From Diplonema japonicum (taxonomy: Eukaryota > Protista > Euglenozoa: Diplonemea): a DNA stretch of 64,000 nucleotides. The position numbers were made by a program, and so were the translations under genes. The notes below the pieces were generated by a model, which did no database searches, was not told where the DNA came from, and saw only the letters and a program-made list of their open reading frames with translations. The DNA lies in contig OZ025700.1 of NCBI GenBank assembly GCA_964019335.1, positions 1-64,000 on the forward strand, written 5' to 3'. This document shows positions 56,421 to 64,000 of this stretch, piece after piece. Within the stretch, counting starts at the first letter, position 1. Every line of letters starts with the position of its first letter.

Positions 56421-56668
56421 AGATAACTGGTTATAGCCTTCTGCAGCCACACTGCCGCTGAGAACTAGGAAGTTAAAAAAGAAAATTCCTTTGAAGGCAA
56501 CCTGCAGTTTATGACAGGATCGCCTAATGACACTCAACTCATCTAGTGTTCCCTTTGACGTGGGTCCCCAGCTGGACGGCCTATTTCAGAAATGGAGCTT
56601 CGTGTTCCTGACCAGCTTCTCGATTTCCCTGCAAAGAGTAGGGTTGATTGTTGTTTGTGTACATCCCT

Positions 56669-56715
<47 letters not shown>

Positions 56716-56894
56716 AAGAAGAAAATTCACTATGACAGGAAACGAAGAAGGGGAAAAAAAAAAAAAAAAAAAAAAAAAAAACACCCACGTAGTGAAACTG
56801 TGTACAATAATAAAAAAAAAAAAAAAAAAAAATCATTATGATGGGTATACGAAGTGGTAAGCAACGGCCCACCAAACTAAATAAAAAAAAAAAA

Positions 56895-57974
56895 TCACGT
56901 GAGGAAAATAGGGAGAGGACGGCGTGAAAGCCTTGGGGACAGCGGGGGGGTGAAGGTGTAGTTGTTGCTCAGGTGGGCAGCTACCCGTTTTTTCGGTTTT
57001 TTTGTTTTCTTCACGTATTCGGACGCCACGGCCGGACCGTCGGCATCTTCTTGAGTAGCAAAACCGGCAGCATTCTCAGCAATATGCAACGAGGGCCTGA
57101 AGGCAACACAAGGAGACGCACGCCCACCCAACCACCGAACCGCATTCCGGATCATGAAATGAGGTCCATCGGGCTTCTCAGGATGCGGTGACAAACACAG
57201 CACTCTTCCATCCCCGTAGGGCGCCGTCACCGCGGCCGTCTTCCCCACCATGCTCCATTCACCGCCTATGTTCTGCATGTCTCTACCGTACATTGTCCCG
57301 GCGACCTCTGAGCTATAGGTAGCAAGGACCTCGTATCTTGACCTGAGGGGGTCTTTCGTCTTCGCGTTGACCGACTTCATGATCATTGGGCCGTTTGCAT
57401 ACACAACATTCCTCACGTGCGTCTTTTCTGTTTTGAATATCTCTCTTCCCAACGGAGTGAGCTGGATGTCAGCGTACCCCACGCCTCGAAGGTTCTTCAC
57501 TTGCGGGTATTTCGGTGTTGTGTCCAACGTCTTCGACGAGACCAAGCCCAGCGAGTACGGCATGTAGTTGTCATCAGCTGATGCTAGGTTGGCGCCGGCA
57601 CAGATTCCGAGATATCCGCCGCCGGAGCTGACGAAGGCACGGATGGCCCGCATGCCCTTGACACCAAGGCTTCGGCCTTGTGCGACGCCTTCGCCTCCAG
57701 GGTGGATCAGAACGTTGAAGATGCCTCTCTCGAGGATGCCGTTGGCGATCTCGTACCCTGTCACCCTCACCACGTACATGTCTTTGGTCTTCAGGCAGAC
57801 CTCGAGGTCGGCCGCGCCTCTGCAGTTGCTCTCACCCTTTTTTGTGCTGCTTCCTCCCACATCATCATAGACAGCGACGCGTATTTTATTCCCACCCACG
57901 TCCACCGCAGGGAGTGTTTGCTTTTCACTCTTCCCCCGCCGTGTGGCTGCCGATGCCGACCTGTGCCTCCTCAT
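56895..57974 (-). CDS. Stand-alone BPL_N / class I glutamine-amidotransferase-like protein
   Basis: VAVYDDVG, LIHPGG, FVSSGGGYLGICAGA, YGDGRVLCLSPHPE. Confidence 0.8.
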   Translation of the reverse strand: MRRHRSASAATRRGKSEKQTLPAVDVGGNKIRVAVYDDVGGSSTKKGESNCRGAADLEVCLKTKDMYVVRVTGYEIANGILERGIFNVLIHPGGEGVAQGRSLGVKGMRAIRAFVSSGGGYLGICAGANLASADDNYMPYSLGLVSSKTLDTTPKYPQVKNLRGVGYADIQLTPLGREIFKTEKTHVRNVVYANGPMIMKSVNAKTKDPLRSRYEVLATYSSEVAGTMYGRDMQNIGGEWSMVGKTAAVTAPYGDGRVLCLSPHPEKPDGPHFMIRNAVRWLGGRASPCVAFRPSLHIAENAAGFATQEDADGPAVASEYVKKTKKPKKRVAAHLSNNYTFTPPLSPRLSRRPLPIFLT

Positions 57975-58692
57975 GGTTCGAGGGTCCCCCACCTGTGTTA
58001 GGATTTTTGGGAGGGAAGAGGAATTGTAAAACTTTTATTAAAAAAAAAAAAAGGAAAGGATACAACTAAAAAGAAATAGACAAAAAAAGATAAAGAACAT
58101 TTTTTTTAAAAAAGAGGGGGGGGGCTTTTTTTTCCGGACTTAGTATCCCTGGCCCTTCCGAGTGCGAATGCAGGTGCTCAAAAGGCAGTTAAGTCTCGGT
58201 GATGGAAAAAAAAAAAAAAGCAGCCGCGGGTGACTGTTGACAGACTCGTAGCTACCTTGGCAGGTAGGTTAAACCCCTTCCCTTAGGAAGCAACGTTGGC
58301 CAGACTGTCCATTAGTTTTCAGTAAATATGAGCTTTAACAGTACACCCCCCCCCCCCCCCCATCCTCTTTTTTTCTTCCTCCCCTTCCCCTCGCTCTAAC
58401 CAGAAATAAAAAATCTTTTAAAATAAGGCAATAAGAACACAAGAAATACTTAAAGAGGGGCGACCGGCTGAACATGGGAGATCTATGGAAGGGAACGGGC
58501 GCCAAAAAAAAAAAAGAGGGGGGAGTCGAAGGAAAAATTACCGGATTTTGTTGTTTTCTTCTTTTTTTTTTTCTTAACAATAAAGCTAATACATATTACC
58601 GTATGCTACAACTGGGGGAGGGAGGATAGGGGGGGAGAATGTCTATCGGTTGAGGTGCAACGAGGATATAAAAAAATTGAAAGACCAACGCT

Positions 58693-60543
58693 TTATTTAG
58701 GTCGGATGTCGCTGTGTATCACACCGTGGGTAATGGTGCCATCGTCCCACTCAATGGTGTAGGTCCCGTCCTCGTGGAAATCTGTAATAACCGCGTTCCA
58801 CCAATCATCCCGATAGAAGGCTTGGATGAGGGTCCCGTCTGGGTACAGGGGACGTACTTCGGAGGGGAACAGACCTTTCGTCATGGTGCCATCGCCCCAA
58901 TTGACATCGTAGTTAGGCTCCTTCCCATGGCCGTTCACGTAGTCGCAGGCACCGATCCTGCCCCGGTGCCACGTCCCGTTGAAGTTCGCCAGCACCTCGT
59001 TCCCCACATCCAACTGTAGCTTCGGCGTTGGCGGTTCGTACGTGACAGGTGACAGTTCCCTCTCCACATCCACTCGCTTTTTCTTCCCCCTTGCAGGCTC
59101 AGACAACGACGTCGAACTCACCGAAGAAGGTGATCTCGACCTCGCCCTTGCCAACGCAGCAGGCGGTGTCACCTCACCCCTATGTTCGCTTCGCGGAGAC
59201 GGTGGCGGAGGAAGGCTGCCCTTCGTCGTGCTCACCGGCTTCACAGGTGTCGGGATGGTCTGCCTCGACTCCTGCGCCCCCTTCCCAGGGAATGCCTTCG
59301 CGTAGTTAGACGACAGGGGCGTCGGCGGGAAGCTGTTATTCGGAAGATCCTTCGCACTGGCGGCGTGAAGCGGCTGCCGCTTTGTCTTTATCTTCCTGAA
59401 CTGCGGGAAGCTAGACGCCGCCTCCCACCCCGACGGGAGTGCCGTCACAACATTACTATCGGGGTCCGGTTGTGCCGTCACAGTAGCAGGCATCCACCTG
59501 TCTAGGTACATCACCTCCAATTTGTCGCCGACTTGGAAGTCAGAAGCTTCAGCAGGTCGCTTCAAGTAAACAACAAACGGCTGCGGTCCCTCTATAGCTT
59601 CTCGGAAGGCTTCCTGAACGGCGGCCGTGTCATTGCGCATCTTTGAGTTGAGAGTACTCACCGCCAAGATCTTCATCCCTGGCTTGATGCCAGCCTTGTC
59701 GGCAGGGCCACCCTGTTCTGTCGCTGTCACCTTTGTCCCAGTATAAGTAAGACCGAGTTTGTTCTGCTCATCTTTGGACAGCCACACGATCATGTCAGCC
59801 GATGATGCTGACAAGGAAGACGAGCCTCTTGTCCCTGGCTGTGTGGAGACGGGGGCCCCATGCCTGTTCCTTGGTGTCGGCCCTGGCGATGTAAGGCTAT
59901 GTGTGTCTCTCCTGCTTCCATTCTCGCCCTTGCGTCTCCGCTTCTGACGCGGCTGGTTTTCCTGCTTCATTTCTTTCGCCTCCAGCGGTGCCTCTTGCGG
60001 CTCTTCTTCGTCAGGCTGCTTCTCATCGCTCGCAGCCTTTTGCTTTTTTGATTTGCTGTACTTCGCAAGCAGCACGATGAGGATGCATATGATGAGCACC
60101 AGCAGCAGCAGTGTAACAATGAAGGCAATGAGTAGAGCATCGTCGTCGCTGCTGCTAGTTGTGGGCCCGCTGGTGGTGCTGTTAGAAGTCTCGGGCACTG
60201 CCTTGCACCTGCCTTGGTGGGGGATCTCGCTGCATCCTGTGAGCGCACCGTTCACGACACAGTGGTGGTTGTAGCAGTACTCGCCCACACGGCACACAGT
60301 GTTCTTTGAACATTTCAATCCAGCGGGATTGATTAAGTTCTTGCTAGATTGAAAAGCCTCAGCAGGGCACAAACAGGAACCGAATGAACAGGTGCAGGTG
60401 TCTTGACAGTCGTTGTTGCTCACGCATTGCACGCACCGGCTGTCGAAGCAGAAAGTTCCGATGCCGCATGCCTCCGTGTTCGTGCATCCCATCGTGCACC
60501 ACAACTGCAACATCAGCACCAACACTACGCGATACATATTCAT
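58693..60543 (-). CDS. Type I membrane protein: Cys-rich ectodomain, TM, PDZ, three Tudor/Agenet-like domains
   Basis: Signal peptide; Cys repeats; TM ALLIAFIVTLLLLVLIICILIVLL; PDZ KLGLTY..GGPADKAGIKPGMKIL; Tudor-like WMPATV, WHRGRI and WWNAVI..YTIEWDDG. Confidence 0.8.
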   Translation of the reverse strand: MNMYRVVLVLMLQLWCTMGCTNTEACGIGTFCFDSRCVQCVSNNDCQDTCTCSFGSCLCPAEAFQSSKNLINPAGLKCSKNTVCRVGEYCYNHHCVVNGALTGCSEIPHQGRCKAVPETSNSTTSGPTTSSSDDDALLIAFIVTLLLLVLIICILIVLLAKYSKSKKQKAASDEKQPDEEEPQEAPLEAKEMKQENQPRQKRRRKGENGSRRDTHSLTSPGPTPRNRHGAPVSTQPGTRGSSSLSASSADMIVWLSKDEQNKLGLTYTGTKVTATEQGGPADKAGIKPGMKILAVSTLNSKMRNDTAAVQEAFREAIEGPQPFVVYLKRPAEASDFQVGDKLEVMYLDRWMPATVTAQPDPDSNVVTALPSGWEAASSFPQFRKIKTKRQPLHAASAKDLPNNSFPPTPLSSNYAKAFPGKGAQESRQTIPTPVKPVSTTKGSLPPPPSPRSEHRGEVTPPAALARARSRSPSSVSSTSLSEPARGKKKRVDVERELSPVTYEPPTPKLQLDVGNEVLANFNGTWHRGRIGACDYVNGHGKEPNYDVNWGDGTMTKGLFPSEVRPLYPDGTLIQAFYRDDWWNAVITDFHEDGTYTIEWDDGTITHGVIHSDIRPK

Positions 60544-60596
60544 GCCTGTGGTATATTTGAGTTAAGCTGCACTGTGGCAACGTTGAGAGAATAATA

Positions 60597-62435
60597 CTAC
60601 GCATTGCAGGTGGTACAGTCAACGACCTCTCGCAAGAACATCGTCGCGTATGCAGAAGGCTTCAATGTGAAGCTCACACGGAGAGCGGTCAGTGGGCCGT
60701 CTGGCTTAGGCGGCTGCTCCTTGAAGCCTGCGACACACAGATCATCTGAGGGTTCATAGAGCTTGCCTGTAGTTACGTTGTACTCACAGTGCTGCAGCGA
60801 CTCGTCGTCTTCCGCATACGGTGTCAACGACCATGTGAGGCTGCCGGGTATCGCAGCCACAGACCTATACCCGCCGAACAAGTTCATCGTTTTCGGGTTG
60901 ATTTGGCAATTGCTCTTCCCAAGCAGCCCCGTAGCCCTATACTTCATCAGACACTCCTCATAGCTGCTTTTGTCACAGCCTTTTGCTCCAGGGTAGCACA
61001 AATCCGGGTCGCACCCAGGCAGTGGCATCACTACATCAGCCAATGTGTAATTCCCAGATGCCACATCGTCCGCCGTCAGTTGCATCACAGCCTGCAGCGA
61101 CCCATGTGACCCCTTCCCAGTCACCACCAGATCACCCTCGATGGGCTGCAGCCCGTGTTGTGCGGTCCGCTTTGAAACCATTTCATTCCACACCAGGCTC
61201 TGCAAAGCATGAAAGTATAGCGACCTGGTGTTTCTAGGCAAGGCTTCGAAAGCCCGAATGTACTCGCCGGGGTACCCGGACAGAGCTTGCAGGATGGTCC
61301 TCTCCGTTAGGCACCAGTGAGGAGCCTTTTCAAGTACGCCCGAGATGTCACCAGGGGTCTCCCGCCAGTGATCCACAGCAGGCTGGAATTCCTTTACTAC
61401 TTCCGCTTTGGACTGTAAGATCGTATCGAGAGCCTTCTTCATGTCCCCCTCAAGGATATGGATGGCAACCATGTGTGTTGGGATGCTGGTCGTACCGAAT
61501 CTTTGCAGCCCGAAGTAGTTGATGAACCCCTTGGCGGCAACCTTCTGCATAGCGACTTCTATTTCTTCCTGCTTGCCAGTGAAGTTCCTCAACACGATGC
61601 TGAACCTGTTCCCCGAATGCATCCCAAGCTTCACTTCTGTGTCCTTATAGCAAAAGTCCCCCACTCTTACCACGGCACCCTTCCCGAAAGGTGTGGAATT
61701 TAGACCGGCTAACTTGTCTGTTGTGATTCTGTATGCAGAAACCCTTTGAGCGGTGATGGCACGTTTGTCTTTGGTGCCTGCTGTGGAGAGTGTCTTGTGA
61801 TTCACGTGGAGCTTCGAGGCGAGTGCTTTCAAGCACTGCCCGGTTTCTATGTTCTCCTTGTAGAGGGTGAAATGCACGTAGCTCCCGCGTCCCTTGGGCC
61901 ATACAGAACGGCCGTTTGTGTTGGCCAAAGTCTTGACCTTAATGAGCCCATTCTCGGAGTAGGAGGCAAGCTTGGGGAAGTACTTCTTGATAGTTTTGTG
62001 CAAGGCGGTGCGCTGCGCTTTGTCGAGCTCAGTGGACGTGAGGAGGATGCCTTCTTTGCAGTGAAGGAATCCCGACTTTGGATTGATGTGCTTCTTGAGT
62101 GTTTCAATGCTCTCCTCGGGGATCCCGGCCTCCTGCAGGGCCGGGTATCCAAGGACAGCTTTCTCCGCAGCAGTGCCACCAAGTTCATCCGGTTCGCCCT
62201 CCTCAGACAGTGCATTCATATCTTTCAAGACACATGCGTCATCACCCCACACCTCTCTCACAACAAAGTCGCTGAATCTCCCTTTCAACACACAATTGTA
62301 CCTCGTGATCTCTTCATTCATGTACTGTATGATACCAACTGCTTCATTGCTGGCAGATGCACTCCTGGTGTACTCTACTTTCGGCTTCTTCGCTTCACTG
62401 TCCTTTACCTCTTCCTGATCCAATGTTCTCTTCAT
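60597..62435 (-). CDS. PUS7: TruD-family pseudouridine synthase
   Basis: LKGRFSDFVVRE, FTLYKEN, AGTKDKRAITAQ, GNRFSIVLR, GFINYFGLQRFG, YATMFLRE. Confidence 0.95.
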   Translation of the reverse strand: MKRTLDQEEVKDSEAKKPKVEYTRSASASNEAVGIIQYMNEEITRYNCVLKGRFSDFVVREVWGDDACVLKDMNALSEEGEPDELGGTAAEKAVLGYPALQEAGIPEESIETLKKHINPKSGFLHCKEGILLTSTELDKAQRTALHKTIKKYFPKLASYSENGLIKVKTLANTNGRSVWPKGRGSYVHFTLYKENIETGQCLKALASKLHVNHKTLSTAGTKDKRAITAQRVSAYRITTDKLAGLNSTPFGKGAVVRVGDFCYKDTEVKLGMHSGNRFSIVLRNFTGKQEEIEVAMQKVAAKGFINYFGLQRFGTTSIPTHMVAIHILEGDMKKALDTILQSKAEVVKEFQPAVDHWRETPGDISGVLEKAPHWCLTERTILQALSGYPGEYIRAFEALPRNTRSLYFHALQSLVWNEMVSKRTAQHGLQPIEGDLVVTGKGSHGSLQAVMQLTADDVASGNYTLADVVMPLPGCDPDLCYPGAKGCDKSSYEECLMKYRATGLLGKSNCQINPKTMNLFGGYRSVAAIPGSLTWSLTPYAEDDESLQHCEYNVTTGKLYEPSDDLCVAGFKEQPPKPDGPLTALRVSFTLKPSAYATMFLREVVDCTTCNA

Positions 62436-63470
62436 GGTTGACTGGGGGAGGTGTTGAGGAATAATGAAACTGAAAAGATTCAATAAACAGGGAGGAAAAA
62501 TACTTTGCATGAACGCGATGATTGAGATATCAGATCGCGGACATGATCCATAGGCCGGCCGCAATAAAGGGCCACTAGAGGGACAACAAAGCAAAAAAGA
62601 AATATAAAAGGTAAAAAGAGGAAATCCCTGATTTTTGGGACGTCCTCTTTTTACCTTTTATTAAAAAAAAGAAATATATAAAAAAAAAGGGGGGTAGAGT
62701 TTTGATTGAGTGGGGAGGAAAAGAAAGGAAAAGAAAGGAAAGAGAAAGAAAAGAGAAAGAACAGAGAAGCATTGCAAACAGCCTGCCTATGCCGACAAGA
62801 AGGTCAGAAAGGTTAGAACCGTCTGTCAATTTGCTTAGTTCTCGGACCGCATTAATCAACCGCCCCTCCGGGGTGGGGGAGGGGAGGGGGGGGATTCATG
62901 CGCAATAGATAGGTGGGGTACGAGATGGGTTAAAGGTGGGGTTGAAATAAAATTCTACCCGCATAAAGAGAAAAAGAGGCGGTATAGTGAAGATTGATAA
63001 TACACAGTCGGGGAACCACTCCACTTCCTCAACATCTTGGATTTACTCACTCCCCGTATACACCCTCTTATCTGCATGCCTTACCCAAAGGGTTTAGAGA
63101 AACAAAAAAAAATAGAATATAAGTGTAGAAAGCTGGGAGGAATTTTATTTTTCCACGTTACGATAACGTGAAAAATATATATAGGATACAGCAACACCTG
63201 TTCTTGGTTCACGCCTCTTCTTTTTTCTGTCATCAATCCTAAGAGGGGACAGAGTTGTTGCAGAAAATAGGTAGTGAGCTACAAAAAAGAAGAACGAGGG
63301 CCTAAAAATGCGAACCATGTTTAAAAGTATTCATAAGAATAGAATCAACGCGTACGACAGAAAGCCATCGAAAATCAATGTAACTAACTAAGTTCAGAGA
63401 GATATATGATTTCGGATTTAATAGTTTCATTTTCTTGTATCAATGATCAACCTTTTTTTGGACTACCTTC

Positions 63471-64000
63471 CTAAAAGCTGGGAGCACTGAAGCACGTGCA
63501 CTTGTTCCTGTTGGAGAAGGCAGGTCCAGAGGGCTTCTTCCCACACAGGGGTCCTCCGTTCCCTGCATTGCGCTGCACGAAGACAGAGAAGTGGAGGAGG
63601 TCCCTGGTGAGGGGAATCTCGATGGAGGGGGCCCCTCCCACCTCCACCCGCCTGAAGGTCGCTGTCGGGAGAGAAGTTGCGGGAGAGGGAGCCCCAGAGA
63701 AGGTGGGGACATACTTGGGCCCGCAGCTTCCAGCCTCGAAGCCTGCGTCGAGCAGCCCGTGAGGAAGGCCCCCGTTCAGAGCAGAGCTGCAGGGGAGGCA
63801 GTTGTGGAGCGTCACATAAAAGGTGCACGGGTCGCTGCCCAAACACGTCAGCCGCAGAGACATCCCCTTCTTCCCGTGGGCTCCCATGTGCGCAGAAGAC
63901 CCTGCTAACCAAGACGGCATGTCCACCCACTTCTGACCGCTAAGCTCCTCCTCAGTCGAAGACCCCTCTGCCCCCACAAGCTTCTCCACAGGGTCCTTTC
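63471..64000 (-). CDS. 3' end of a secreted-family gene (Cys-rich C-terminal domain), truncated by the window edge
   Basis: Open frame ..DPCTFYVTLHNCLPCSSALNGGLP..FEAGSCGPKY..NKCTC..; paralogous to 51225-51620. Confidence 0.7.
   Translation of the reverse strand, partial: KDPVEKLVGAEGSSTEEELSGQKWVDMPSWLAGSSAHMGAHGKKGMSLRLTCLGSDPCTFYVTLHNCLPCSSALNGGLPHGLLDAGFEAGSCGPKYVPTFSGAPSPATSLPTATFRRVEVGGAPSIEIPLTRDLLHFSVFVQRNAGNGGPLCGKKPSGPAFSNRNKCTCFSAPSF

Noticed and set aside
55500-56890. Poly-Phe and poly-Lys ORFs
   Set aside because: They are homopolymer A/T tracts in intergenic DNA.
7762-62441. Numerous plus-strand ORFs of 60-240 aa
   Set aside because: They are antisense shadows of minus-strand CDSs with no recognisable motifs.

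Overview
This is eukaryotic nuclear DNA, almost certainly from a diplonemid (Euglenozoa). Four things point to this: a 39-nt euglenozoan spliced-leader (SL) exon of diplonemid type, about 30 genes all on the minus strand (polycistron-like), dozens of mostly 31-46 nt GT(ATG)...AG cis-introns, and a trypanosome-like PFK and PEX5. Layout: (1) 1-474 is a (GGGTTTGC)n octamer array. (2) About 475-5600 is a head-to-tail array of three related, intronless 'MDPRR' units. Two begin with a genomically encoded SL exon and carry an AlkB-type 2OG-Fe(II) dioxygenase; no reverse transcriptase lies in the window. This SL-headed AlkB unit is the strongest candidate for an undescribed system. (3) About 7.7-50.6 kb is a compact, micro-intron-rich block of mostly housekeeping genes: subtilisin-CUB, PPR, ankyrin-TPR, SGNH esterase-like, POT transporter, PFK with a PTS1 hidden behind an intron, ALG14-ALG13 fusion, PEX5, class II PRPP synthetase, divergent kinesin and DCN1. 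(4) About 51-64 kb holds intron-poor genes (SK-type K channel, BPL_N-like, PDZ/Tudor membrane protein, PUS7), a tRNA-like element, repeated hairpins, and two copies of a Cys-rich secreted-family C-terminal domain. Gene models were spliced by eye, and family assignments come from motif recognition, not database searches.
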